A stretch of DNA of 64,000 nucleotides from Raillietiella orientalis (lineage: Eukaryota), in the NCBI GenBank assembly GCA_036172245.1, contig JAYWIR010000018.1:372001-436000 (forward strand), read 5' to 3'. Under the pieces are notes generated by a model. That model was not told where the DNA came from. It searched no databases and worked only from the letters and a program-made list of their open reading frames with translations. The position numbers and the translations under genes are program-made. This document shows positions 12,330-24,900 of this stretch, in pieces (the stretch's first letter is position 1; the number at the start of each line of letters is the position of its first letter).

Positions 12330-13500
12330 CTTCAGCGTGTCAGCAGCGCCCCGGAGAAGGGAGGAGAGCGGTAGTTGCCTCGTTTCGCGCACATGTGCAC
12401 GAAGTGTACAGAAGCACCGAGCGCAGGGAGGCACGTGCGTGTGTGGTGAATGTGCTGAAGAGCGGTGGTCCAACGCACGAGCGTTGAGCTCCGTTCCCAT
12501 TCTTTGTCTCGTTGGGAAGAGGAGTTGCGACGAGGACCCACTCGCGTGCAGGGCAGCGGGTTCCCGAGCGGCAGCTGGGATGCTGCTGTTTCCGAGACGT
12601 TCTCGCCGCTGCAGCTCGGTCGTGCTGAAGTTTCTTTCCAGAGCAAAAGTTCCGAAGCATTCTAGAGGGTGCCAGGGTATGGTGTGGCACTTCTGCTGCT
12701 GCTCCGCGAGGCGGGACAGACGGAAGCGGATGACAGTGGATGCTCCCGCGAAGGATTTGAAGCAGAAGGTTTCTCAAAATGAAACTGAGCGCGATGCACT
12801 GGATGGAATCAGCAGCACGCGGCACTTCGAGTGACAAAGCATATCCTGAACGGACTCTGACGTCATGAGAAGGCGCCTACGTTCACCGAGGGAGCCACGG
12901 TCGATGCGTGCGGGATCAACATGGCCTTTCTCGAAGGCAAAGCATGTGGGCTGCTGAAGGACGCCGGCAGTCACTTCCTTCGGTGAAAAAGCTTTGCACG
13001 TCCTCCCTCAGTGAACTGCCACCGTTGTTTCCGTTGCTTTTTCAAGAATCGGAAACCGCAGTGTTCGCGGAGCTGTTGGGTAATCCTGGAAGCCGTGATG
13101 GATGCTTCGGAAGTGAAGCTGCTCTGAGGAGAGGGCTGTCTCGAGGATAGTTGAGCACCTCTTTCGTGTGAGTAGTTTGGAAGTGGTCGCTGGAGGTGAA
13201 GCGAGGACAAGGCTCTCTTGAAAGGGGAGAAGGGGAAAGGGAACCGACGATCCGCGAATGCGATCGGAGCTTGCCTGCTGATCAGAAAGCAGACAGTCCG
13301 TTTCTAACCTCAGAACCTCAGAACAGGCTTCTCCAAAGGTGGCATTTCAGTTCAGCCTTGATGTTTCATCATGTAACGAAATTTTGCATTCTCAAAGTTT
13401 GTCCGGCGTTTGCATTAATAACTGCTTCTCGAAGTGGGAAGAATATATGGAAGCGATTGGCGCTTACTGCTAGAAAGCATGTTGTCTTGTCTGTCCCTCT
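12330..13500 (+). mobile_element. Decayed LINE ORF2/RT remnant that includes the right inverted-repeat arm
   Basis: WSNARALSSVPILCLVGKRS (like WxxAxxxPIxKxG), VLKFLSRAKVPKHSRG, DKAY, PPLFPLLFQ, LQRWHFSSALMFHHVTKFCILKV (like LxxWxxxxxLxFNxxKCxxL), in the expected order with frameshifts and stops. Confidence 0.4.
12333..12760 (-). repeat. Right arm of the 428-bp inverted repeat
   Basis: Reverse complement of 10597-11024. Weaker gapped similarity extends about 20 bp inward (GGCCGTTGCCATGTCAGC vs GGCCGTTGCCGTTGTCAGC). Confidence 0.97.
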
Positions 13501-15599
13501 AAATGTACTTAATTTATAGCACAGAAGTTGTTCTTTTCTGTGGGACAGGGCTAGCATACATGTCGACATTGCTACGAAGGTGTTTTCTGAAGTATCTTTG
13601 TCATAGACGGGGTTCTTTCGAGCTATGGTGTTTGGCAGGCATGTGTTCGGCTCTAAAGCTAGAGATTAGTAGGTGGCAGCTGTAGTGTTTCTCGTATCAT
13701 GTGTGTGCTTTGTGCTTCGGCTAGTTGGAGGAAAATGAAGGCAGTTCATTTTTCCTGGTATCTCTGATTTATTTTGATCATTTCTCGACACGGATTCATT
13801 GAGGTCCGTGAGAAAAAAAAAGAAAAAGAGAAGGTAGGTCGAAGAATAATATATAATCTGAATCTGAAATGATTTTACATGCGCAAAACTTCTTTTTTTT
13901 TTTTTTTTCAAGAAAGTTATTTTTCTTTTCGAATTCGTTCTCACCATGAATCCGTGCAGACTATCTCGTGCAATTCGATGAGGTTCGTCATTGAAATGCG
14001 GAAGTTGCATAAGTGGTTTCGGATTTCTCTTCTGCTTCAAAGTGTCTCCATGTGCAAAACAACTCAGAAAAGTGTCAGCATTGCATGATATTGGCTGCTG
14101 TGTGCAAAGTGCTCTGGCAACCATGTGTGCAAGGAGTATAGAAAGGAGCATTCCTGCTTTACTAGACTTGGAATAGGATCATCCACTCGAAAGTGGACAT
14201 TCTCTGAGACGAATACCGATTTCCAGTTTGTTCATTCCCTCAAGTGTTTCGTCGCCTTCTCATTCAGAAGCTTCTTCACAATAAGAACGCCGCTGTTCAC
14301 TTATTTTGGGCGAGTGTCGAAATCACATGTGAGTCAAATTATCTTGTCACTCATTCCGAAGCGTTGGTGCTTCATGGATCTCGGGAAAAAAAGATATACG
14401 TATAAAAACAAGGGAACTTCATTTGCTTCAGCATCCGCATACAGAGTAAGAATTACAGTAAGGCAAACAAGTGGGTTTTGGATTCGTTTTCCTGGTTTCA
14501 CGATTAGGGATCGAAAAAACCTCATGTGCTCGGTGCTGTTGTCCTTGCCACCAGTACATTCCTTGTTCTCTCCTTAGTTGTAATGTGGTGATTTGCTCAT
14601 TCGGGATTCAGAAACAAGTCCTAACATCGGAACGAAGAAACAACAAACTAGTCCTAACCTTTCAGATGCTTTCGCTTACGGCGCATCTCCGGTACGGATT
14701 CTGGCAGATGCGATTCAAACTTGTCATTCAAGTAAACGAATGATGATTTCGTGTCTTGTGACTTAATCGGCCTGTATTACGACTACTAGTCAATCTTAAT
14801 GAACATGAGATGCAAGTGCGCCCTGAGGTTATGGAAACGCAGTTGGAAAAAGACTCTGTAGTAGAACTGGAATGGTTGGACCCTCTAAGTGCTCCCTCCA
14901 ACCATTCTGGTCGGTCAAGAGTCCCGTGCACGCGTCTCCGGCTGTTGGGTCGTGTTAGAATGAATCGCTACTTCTAGCAGGAACCGGCTGTTCGGCAAAC
15001 CTTGCTGCCTGCCGCCTCTATTGGGACGAAATTTCGAACCAGGGTGCAATCGCCACCCAATAGTCTATCCCCATCTAGTCACGGGATCGGCGTTAGTTGA
15101 ATCTCTCTCCACTCGAGCGGAGCTAGAACGAAGATTTCGTTGACGGTCACTTGCAACTAAATCTTCAGAGAAGACTGTAGCGCTTCTGCGTGGGACTGCG
15201 CTTTCTTTCCTTCACTTTCATTTTTGCATACTCCTTTTTTTCATGTGGTGCCACCTCTCTCACCAGCTTTGTGCGACATCGGAAAGCGGGAATGCTAAGT
15301 GATTACGGACTGCTAAAATGTACAGACTATCGAGTGTTTCTGTTGGTGTACCTTGCCAAGTTCTTGATAGGAAAAAAATCGATAAGCGTGTCTGCGTTTT
15401 TTTTTCTTCTTCTCTCTCTCTCTCGTTTTTTTCCTTTGCAACGTGCATGTCGTAAATTTTTCGGGATCCCGTTTCTCGTTTCATCACTTTATTTTAAAAG
15501 CATCGACAGCAACGGGAGAATCCGAATCCAGCGCGAAAGGTTTGTTGCAGTCAGGGATATTCCTGAGTGAAAGAAGTGCTTCCCGATGTGCCGTTTCGA

Positions 15600-16111
15600 G
15601 CGTGCCTCTGCATCCGCCAGATTTGATGCACGAGGTTAATTTATTAGCAGGGACGGACACAAACACGAGTTCGTGGGGCTCGTTCCCGAGTGCCTGCACA
15701 GACAGGTAGCTGCCGGCTGGGCTCGCCCGCTCGCGCGCATTCCCTTCGCGTTAGTTGATGGGCCGACGACGTTCGCGTGTGTTGGGGCGCGCGCGTGCTT
15801 GCCAAGACCTGCAAAGACACGAGTCGTTTTATTTCGGGACGGAAGCTCGCCGCGGCCGGTGTCATCGATTACACGTTCCTCCGTCGCTCAAGTGAGCCTC
15901 ACAGGTATGTGTCCATTGAGTGCACGAATGGCGACAACGCATGCACACTTGAAAGAGAATCGCCTCACAGCTCGTTCCTTGAAAAAATGCTTGTAGTGTT
16001 CTGAAAGTTGCTGTTGTTCTTACGTTAAGCCGTGTCCGAGAAGAGTGCATTGGAAAATCACCCGAAGTGAACCTGAAATAAAGTAGAAAATGCATTAAAA
16101 ATTTTCTTCAG
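15600..16111 (+). promoter_or_regulatory. CpG-rich probable MLF promoter, 5'UTR exon and 5'UTR intron (15905-16111)
   Basis: CG-dense stretch (GCGCGCGCG, ATCGAT), a CAG|GTATGT donor at 15905, and a TTTTCTTCAG acceptor ending at 16111, 9 nt before the MLF ATG. Confidence 0.45.
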
Positions 16112-16120
16112 AAATCCAAG

Positions 16121-16993
16121 ATGTCGTTGTTCACTCGCATGCTCCGAGACTTTGATGAGGATCCATTTTTCAAGAGGTAGTTTCCCGTTGCCAATCCACA
16201 ATTGTGGGTTCATGCAATGACCCTAGCTTTTCCAGAAGGGACAGAAAATTGCTGAGCTTAGACTCCTTTCACAATAGTCTCATGGATGATTCACCATCCC
16301 TGAGGAAGTTTCTAGGATTCAGCGAATCCGAGGGTTTGATCAAAAGCTTTGTGAGTGAGAGATTCTCAAAGGGAATTGATCTTGCTGTCGGTTCAGGATG
16401 CGCTGAAAGATGATCCGAACGTTCACGTGTTCACTTCTAGCATGGTGTATTCTTCTGTGGTCGACGAAAGCGGTCGTCCTCAGGTAAACGGCAAACCACG
16501 AAAGCACAGGGGCCCATCGTGATTGTGTGCATCCGTAGGTCTACCAGGCCTCCTCCTCTGTTCGCCAGGCCCCTGGAGGAATTAAGGAGACGCGTAAGAC
16601 AATGGCCGACACCCGATCCGGAAGGAAGCAAATGGCTATCGGGCACCACATCAAGGATCGGGCACACATTTGTTCCGTGCAGCAAGATACGAGATCCGGG
16701 AAAACGGAACAGGCTCAGGAACTGCTCAACATTGACGAAAGTATATCAGTACGTTTTTCAATCGCCTTTGTATAGCATGGATTTAAGATGATATCCCTGA
16801 TTTCAATCGCGAGTGGGAGACAAAAATCCGTAATTACCGTAAGCTTGGACAGGGTGCAAGTCATCATCACCGTGCCCCCGTGTATCCCTCAATCACTGCC
16901 AAACCGATCCATTCCTCCCCTGCGCACAGCAAGCATCACGGCGGCAGAGACAGAAGATTCAAGCTGGGAGGACGTCACGAGACCCACATGTAA
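16121..16993 (+). CDS. MLF: Myeloid leukemia factor family protein (Mlf1IP domain), 5 coding exons, 221 aa
   Basis: Exons 16121-16176, 16236-16350, 16397-16483, 16539-16740 and 16788-16993 splice in phase (666 nt): MSLFTRMLRDFDEDPFFK...DPNVHVFTSSMVYSSVVDESGRPQVYQASSSVRQAPGGIKETRKTMADTRSGRKQMAIGHHIKDRAHI...QELLNIDENDIPDFNREW...ETHM*. APGGIKETRK and MAIGHHIxDRAH are MLF hallmarks. Confidence 0.93.
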
Positions 16994-18959
16994 AAAGAAA
17001 GTGTGAAAGAAGACAGAAATACGTGTTGCGTTCCCAATATCATCCTGAGAAATAAACGACTGAGCATACCTGGTCCTCTTTCCATAAAGCAGCGAAGCCT
17101 GGAAGGGGGTTGGTGGGGGAAGGCTGTGTTCCCCGAGGGAGCGACCCGTTCTTGAGAGGGAACATCAAGAAGCGAGATCGGCTGGCGGTGTGGTGCAGAT
17201 CTCTATGAGCGGCTCCCGGTGAATCGCGCGCAGCGTACGCGGACGGATCGTGTCGGTGTTTTTCATTGTACAGCGTACGGTTGCCTGCTTCCTGCTCAAC
17301 CAGAACAATTCTCGTTTCGATGCTTTCTTTTCGCAAGCCGGTGACAGCTCGAGCTTGGAAAAATCCTTGTGTGGCTGCGCGCATGACCTTCCACCAAGGT
17401 AAAAACGTTTTCGGGTACTTGAACCTTCCGGTAGCATGGCTAGCACAGCGCTGACGTCATCGTCTCTCGCCAGTCGCGACTCAAGAATCCCCTCCCCCCC
17501 CCACGTCTTCGATTCGCCTTTCTAACGCGGGAAATTCCTGCACGCGAGCTACCACGCAAGACGTAACTTCATAACAGATCTGTTATGTCCTGCAAGTATT
17601 GATTCGAGCTGGGTAGGACACTGCTGCTTTCTGCGCCCAACCCCACTCCCATAAGGATCATCACCCTTTCCAGTCTTCCCGATCGAGCGGAAATAATGAT
17701 GGAGGGAAAGCTTTCGTGTTCATCATGTATTCCCTTTTTTTTTTTTTTTTTTTTTCATCGGCTGTTATTCTTTTCCCATCCCCGGCAGTTGTGTTTGCAC
17801 GTCAGGAAGCTCCCCCTAGGTCCTTGTGCTGCCGATGGGTTGAATTCCTATTGAAGATCAAAGTGTTTGGGGAAACTGCTTCAGCTTTCCTAAACAGCAC
17901 TACTCTGCTTAATTTCTTAGAAAAAGGTTTTGATCCCTTGGAATGCAGTTTCTTCGGAAAAAACGTACGCAGACATACACACACATACACACACCACGGC
18001 ACATGCTGGTGATTAATCACTTCAGGGTGATAAGTAAGTGCACGCTGAAGATAAGCTCTGTTAGCTTGAAGTGCGTGCTCCTCCTATATATATATATATA
18101 TGTATATATTCGTGTACTCAGTCGCAAACTGTGCAGGAGAGAATTTTTTTTTTTTTTTTAAAAAAAAAAGAGATGCTCGAAAATAGCAATTCGCGCCGGA
18201 TGCCAAGAAAGTGTTAGTTTTTATCAAACCATTATCCTTATCTAAGGAAAAGTCAGGCGTATCTTCATCTCTGGCAACCTACAAGGAATCTCTTAACTCT
18301 GTGAACTGAACTTCCAGTCCCCAGAGCCCTGGCGCGCGGATAACGGTTCCCGATGTAATGAATCAGTTTTGGAGTGTGAATTCAGGCGCCATTCATGCCA
18401 ACGCGAGGTCCCAACGCGCAGGGCCACCGCATTGAACTTCGTCTTCCCTATGTTTCCTTACCCTGGTGGAAACTGATATCCAAGAGCCGATGATTCATCT
18501 CGAAGCCGCACTCTGCTTTTCGGTGTTGCTGATGACAATTTTTAGTTTTTTGACCGCGAGAAGCTCGAAAAATGCTCGAAAGAGACTCTCACAGCATGGG
18601 AAGTGTCGTAAACTTTGCGGAACACGCTGAAGATGAAAGCGTTAAGCAACATCGAAGTGATGTTTACTCGACCTTCGAAATGGTCGCTTCACTTCGTGCA
18701 TCTACCACACTTATGTAGTTGCCAGTGGAAATCCGAAACACGGGCTATCAAGCAACGTCAGTTGTCAAATAGGAAAAAACAAAAAACAAAACAGAACAAA
18801 AAAAAAGGCATGTATATATGGATGGTGGACTTACGTGGGGAAGGGGGGGGGGGAGGCAGGATGTCAGTTTTGGGAGTGTAGTTTGGGGTTCCGGTTCAGC
18901 TTTTAGAAAGGAACCGGAAACTTTGCGTGACTTTGTGTGATGGAGTTGGTTCTCTAGGA

Positions 18960-20500
18960 AATCAAGTAAAGATTTTGCGTGAAAGAATTCGACGTCTTAC
19001 TCTACATCTAGATGCTCCGTACCAATCAGTCGGTGAAGTAGTACGGCATTTGGTAGACCACACAGCTGGGTGGGATTCGGAATAGGAATCGCATATCCTG
19101 TACTCGTTCCTTACTGCTCCTGTTTGCGTATGGCTTGTCGGCATATCCGTTAAAATATCAACTTTCATCTTAGTATCTCGATTTTCTTTCTACTTTAAAG
19201 TTCTTAAGCTCCATTTTTTCCCGTGTGGTTGAACTCCCCGAGAGTGAAAGGCATGCGGGTTTCTTCTGAGAAGATTTGGGATTCCGTACCCCTTGCCAAG
19301 AAACACGGATGCTGGAAAAAACTCGTGCGAGAAGCACTTTGTCATAAGTACGATGACTTCATGATTCAGCGTTTCCTCCGAGTACTCAAGTTGGACGTTT
19401 CTCTAACCCGAACTTCCCACCTAGCTGAATTGCCTTTCCTTGAAGCCTGATGAGTGTGTTGCCTGGGAGTCGGATCTCGGGGAACTCAAGTTGAGAGATC
19501 GAAGGAAAAGAATAGACGAGTTGGAAAAATGCAATGCGTTTCATTTCGGAGGTAACGCCCTGATCGAGTTTACTTTTCACGTTTTGCTCCAAGTCATCCC
19601 CGTATACGAGAGATTGCGAGAATTTCGTGACTAAGCTCTGCGGCCATATCCCGTAGATCTACCAATAGAACTTGCTGCCGTTCTTTGAAATTTATGTTCA
19701 TTTACCACAAGATAAGTGCGTGGAAAGCATTCAGGCTTTCAAGAGGAATTTTCCTGACACTGACCTTCGCTTCCATTTGCAGGCTGCTCTCTTTTCGTGC
19801 TCCTTTGAGGGGGAAAGTTTGTCAACTTGTTTTCTTTAATTCGGGAATGTCCGCGCACAGCGACGTTGCGCATTTTCGTCGGTCGCTTCACTCTTTAAGA
19901 AAACGAACAACGGTAATCTAAGATTGCGGCTTTAAAAATTGGAGCGAATTAGGTGGTTTAGACCGCGAAAAAGGACGCATCCTTTGGAAGCCGAGGTTGT
20001 TAGAGCTTGGAAGTGCTAATGAAAAAAAAAAAAAAAAAAATGACATCTGGAATTGCTCGCCCGCTTTAATGAAACGAAAACATTTATTCGAGGATATGAG
20101 TAGGAAAAAGGCGAAACATTAAAAGCAGAATTTGACCTCAGAGTCGGCGTCTTTGTGGACACGCACTTCTCGGGAATGCTCGCGTTACTGTCGCAAAGTG
20201 TGATGGATCGTAGATGAATCTTGACGGTCTGTGACGCGAAGCACAGCAGCGTACGGTTCCTGACTGTATGACGCTATATAAATGCACAGTCTCTGTGGGG
20301 ATGAAAGGAGTATGTGAAGAGGAGTGGGGACCCTTTGTTTTGGTGCCCAAGGTGCATCGCAGCGTAGGCTTCTTCAGGAAGTCGCTGCTCTCCAGTGAAG
20401 TGGTCGGTCTTATGGTTGCATCTGACTCCGAGTGGGCCCTCCTTAGTTTCTTCAGTGAGTGTCACATCCATGTCACCGCAACAGGTGCAGTGAGGTAGTA
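18960..20500 (+). mobile_element. Decayed CR1/L2-like LINE ORF2 remnant
   Basis: Ordered degenerate motifs: KILRERIRRLTLHLD, SEKIWDSVPL...KKL...IQRFLRVLKLDVSL (like KAFDSVPH..KL..WIxxFLxxRxQxV), ECVAWESDLGEL (like SGVPQGSVLGPL), GVFVDTHFS (like LGVxxDxxLSF), TLYKCTV...EWGP (like LYKxxVRPxLEY..WxP). Confidence 0.45.
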
Positions 20501-21129
20501 CAAACTACAATTCACTGCAAACTTAACATCCAACAAGCATGGGTACAGTGGCAGGCGGCAGTAGTCTGCATTGGCAGAGATGCCACTTAGGGGAGGCCAA
20601 GGCCAGCTTCAACATCGCCTGCTGCCTCCCAAACCCAAGTCCCGAGTCCCATAGGTCCACGGACCGCTCAGACAAGATACGACCGGCCAACGCTGCAGAT
20701 GAGCCTTAAGCATCACGGTCCCTTCTCTCAAGTTCCTCTCAGAAACGGATCTCCGCAGGAAAGAGCCCTCGTGGACCATTCGTGGACCTCGCTTACCTGG
20801 TCGACTGCCTTCTATCTTCCTGATTCTTGCAAGCCAGCCATTCCTGGTGGCATTCGCTCTTTCGCCGCATGAGACCTTTTTTTTTTTTTTTTTTTTTAAG
20901 CCTTCTCGAAGGATCGTCCTCGTCAAGTCGCGCTTTTTCGCCTTCGCTCTCACTCCTATCGCTTCGTCGGTATCTTTTCAGTCATTCTGGTTTCAGAAAC
21001 CCATCTTATCAGTAGAAACATTCTCCGTGTCTCGTTTATCTATTTTGCGATAAATGTACGTGTTGTGCTTTCTGCATTCGTTGCCACAGTGCCGTCGTCC
21101 GGTGCACTCCCGGTTTCCTCAGATCTGTT

Positions 21130-21900
21130 TTACATTCCGCAGTGCCATGTGTTGCGGAAACGAGAAGCGATAGTGAATAAAGCGAGTTTCAGATGGTTCT
21201 GTTGCGTTCGTCCAAACAACTTTGCCAGCATTTGGCGTCTACGAGGGCTCGATGCCTCTGCGGGAGCATTCCCGCAGATGCTCGTTTCAGACACGTGCTG
21301 GCGTGCGATAGGAACACCATTCCCTCGGTTCGGCAGTTGCAGGAAAGGGGAGGGAGGGAGAAATTGCGCAGATCTGAAGAGGCCACGGTATAGTTCTCTA
21401 GGTGTGGCCAGTGCTCGCTGTGGTTGCTGGTTAAGGAGTCTCCTCCAGCATGCTGCACCATGCGGTAGACTGTAGTAATGCGATCGCTCAAGTGACCAGA
21501 TCTCCACGTTCTTTTCTGTTTTGGTTTTGCGAGGTTGCCACGGGTAATGCGCGGCTGGCTGGGTCCTCTTGTACTGCTTCGGCTGACAGGAGCTCCCGGG
21601 TAGGCACGACGAGGGATCTCGCCGAAAGTCAGAAGCCGGAAGGAGGAGTGCATCTGTAAAGCTTGAACTGGCTGTTTCGAAGCTCCACGCCACTGGGAAA
21701 AGTCACTCGTAGCCCCGTGCTCGGAAAGGGTTCTTGGAGCGGAAAGCGCCGGTAGCGCTGATAGAGAGGCGCACCGAGGGTACGGAGCTTTCCAGAACGC
21801 GGCTCGGTCTTTTCGGGGGCCACAGAAAGCGAATGAAGCAGGACGGTGGTGGTGTGGATGGTGAGTTCTGGCTCGTTCCACCTATCCGCTTGCATGTCGA
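21130..21900 (-). mobile_element. Decayed non-LTR RT remnant
   Basis: LSEHGATSDFSQW, SLERSHYYSLPHGAACWRRL (like DLSKAYDSVPH..LW..L), RELYRG, PSPFLQLPNRGNGVP (like SxxFxVxxGVPQG), in RT order. Confidence 0.45.
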
Positions 21901-24900
21901 AACCTATTCTCTGCGAACTATGATGATTAGAAACAGCTGATTAACAGAGGCTCCGGGGGTACTCCAGTGGCACACTGCTATCGTCACGTGACCTGTCGCA
22001 CGGTTCTATGCGCGACAGTCACGAATGAGCTCAGCTAACGAAAAACCTGAGGATGGAGCTAGACTGCAGTGCGGCGGAGCAGTGACTGGGCACGGCGATG
22101 GTGAGAAGCGAGGGGCAGGTCGTTGAAAGGAAGGAGTGGACAACGGGGATGCGCGAGAGTCTCGGCACCGTGCCGGGGGCCGGCGGTGCGAAATTTTTTC
22201 TTCTCCAACGACGAAGACACCAGTTCCCTGCCAGTGGCACCTGACAGGAAACCGCTGGCTCCGTGCGCGGAATATGGCGGCCGGTAGCTGTTGCCCATGT
22301 GGCAGTCGCCGCTCCCAAGTGAGGAGTTCGAAGGGGCATCTCCGCGGAAATGCGGCCGCCACAATCTTTGGCTGCCTACCCTTTTCCCCTACTCACCCGC
22401 ATACTTCTCGAGGAACGGCTGTGAGCAAGTGGGAAAAGGATTTTCCCCTAGGCAAGGGCTCAGGGAAGCACTGCACTAGCACCAGCCGATTGACTCTTTC
22501 GGTCTCACGAGGGCCGATCTGGGGGAGAAGGACAGAAGCGGCATGCGCCCACTCTTCCAAATCCCACAAGTACCCGACGGCTTAGGGGCAACCGGACACC
22601 TCAAAGAAGGAAGCGCCCAGGCGAACGCTCGTCCCGACCGCTAGCTGCGGTTGCTGAAGAACGGAAAGGAGGCGGCTCTCAAGCTCTTGCATCTCCTCCT
22701 GAAGGCAAGAGCGCAGTCCTGGGAGGAGTCGGCCTTTCTTCGCACTGCAGCCCATCGCCTGGCTCGTCGTCTTGCACGCGAGGTCCTCGACAATGTCTCC
22801 GCCTCCAGCACGATCCGCCGAGTCGTGTCGTTGCAGGTGCCACCGCACGTCGCGTTCCGGTCAACCCCTTCCTTCTTAGCAGCCTCCTCAAGGGTGGAAG
22901 GAGAGGAAAGAAGGCTCACCTTTGAGTGCTTGCGTCCCAGGATGATTGTCAGGAGGCCTCCTGCGACGGACGGAGGTCATCACTTCCCTCTTCGAATGGT
23001 GCCACCGACCGCGCCGGGTCCTCCGCTCACGCACACGAGAACGGTTGGGGGTCGTTCGCCGCCGTAATCCCTGCGGGGACATCCGCTCCCATCAGCTTCC
23101 GGAGCGGCTCACACGCGCGAGAAAGAGAGCCTTCTCCCTCTCCCCCCCCGTTGCAACCGGACGCCGCGAAGCGTCCGCTGCTGCCACGGCACAGCGGATC
23201 TCCGCTCCCCCTCCCCTCCCTCTCCCCCGCTCGCTTGGTTTCCTAGCTCTTGAGACGGGCTGCCATCTCCGAAGCGCCTCCGGGTGTGCTATCCACGTGT
23301 AAACAACAGCTACGAACACTGGCTGGAAGGCAGCCCTCATCACTGCCTGGGGTTGTCCCTCCCTTAGGACAAGGGAGGCTGACCGTAGGCGCTGACGCCT
23401 ACACTGCTATCTGGCGGGTTGCATCTTGCACTTCGCCGCGGTGAGCGCCTGTGTAGGAACTTGCAGCGACTTATTACGCTTGCGCACGCGTGCACTCGGA
23501 TGGAGGGGAACCTCTCTTTTCCTCGCCGCCGCTCACAGTTCGTTTTTGCGTGCGTGCGTTCTTAGAGGGGAACATGCCCTTGATAGGGAAGAGATCGATG
23601 CCTCCAGCTGATACAGCATCTCGCCTGTCCTGCAGAACCTTACGCAGGTGGTTACGGTCGGCTAGCCAGAGTGTAGCGCCGCCTCCCGGCCATCATCGGA
23701 GCTAAGCTGAGCGCCACAAGGCCGCCACGTGACCCGCGCGCCCTCCGCTCGGCCAACAAAACATCCGTCCGCGCCGGGAACGACTTCCGCTCCGCTGCTG
23801 CCGCCCGCTCTTCGTCGCGCGTACCCATCCTGCTTTGGAAGGGCGAAGGGAGAGAAAGCCTTAATCCCTTCCTTCCTGATGCTCTGTCCGGCAACCGAGT
23901 GCGCATGCCGCACGCGCTCTCTGGACCGGGAGACAGCGCAGGTGTTCTGGAGGCAGCATAATGATCCACCAATCAGGCAAGGCGAGCTCAGGTCCTCTCT
24001 CGCGTCTCCGAGCAAAAAGTAGAGGGTACCTACTGCTGAGCCTGCCTGGATCCGCAGGAGCATCGTGGGCCGCTGCATGCATTCAACTGTTGAGGCCTTA
24101 AAAACCGGGAGATGATCAACTCATCGCGAGAGATGAACAATCGGGAGATGCCTTTGTGTCCGCAGAACGCGCGTACGTGCAGTCGTGAGCGTTCGCGTCA
24201 CGCGAATGTGCCGCACCTGGTGGAGTAAACGAGGGTTCGCACCGCGATGAAACTGCCGACCCCAGCTCATCGCACGATCTTCATCGTCTCCACCCGGACG
24301 GGCCGAGGCGTTTGTTTCCAAGAACCTCACCGTGGCACCCTTGAGGGAGGTCGGCGTTGTCTTCCGAGCCGTGGTTGCCCAGGGCGAGACCTTTTCTGCC
24401 AGCGTGGAAACGCGAGGCCTGTACCTGGCTGTTTCCACAGGGCTCCCGCTGAATGCGTCCTCGTAACGGCGAGCAGAAAGAATGCTTCGGCCCGGTGTAC
24501 GCGGCGGGCCAGAGCGGTTCTGGCACGCGCTACCACCGTCTTTGCGGCGCTCTGGAAAGGGCTTCTCCGCGTACGCAGCCCTCGCTCCCGAGCCGACGCC
24601 GACGCGGAGCGCGTCCAACCGGAACACGGGCGACTTTCCGATCGTCGGGGCCCACCACGTTTCCGAGGGCTGCTTGGGGTGCCCCTGCCGCGGCGACCCC
24701 ACCATGAAGCTCGCACGTGCTTGCCCTGCCAAGGGATGCCTCCGTCCTAGAACCAGGAGCGCTCCCCCCCTGCAACAAGCGGCGTTGCTCCCGCACGGGC
24801 CGAGGAACGCGACGAGTGGGGACCGCGTCTGCGAAGAAGGGAGGCGTGGGGATTTCAGTTTCTCGCGGAGCGGTGAGAGCAACAGCTCCCCGCCTTCCGA

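Noticed and set aside
10597..12760. Mutator/Pack-MULE interpretation of the 428-bp inverted repeat
   Set aside because: No target-site duplication (left flank GGAATGGAC, right flank AGCAGAAGG), no transposase or recognisable captured gene in the spacer, and the arms look like internal LINE sequence.
12971..13210. Possible hAT dimerisation motif (LPNSSAN) on the minus strand
   Set aside because: The following ERxFS motif is absent and a stop follows. The opposite strand fits an RT fossil better.
18889..18920. Small hairpin TTCCGGTTC...GAACCGGAA (similar ones at about 5032-5060 and 41012-41047)
   Set aside because: Short stems occur by chance in 64 kb. The spacing to the next CTAG does not fit a Helitron 3' end, and no known RNA motif was recognised.
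19580..19625. LVYGDDL (YxDD-like) on the minus strand
   Set aside because: Isolated. The ordered RT motifs in this region lie on the plus strand, so this is probably chance.
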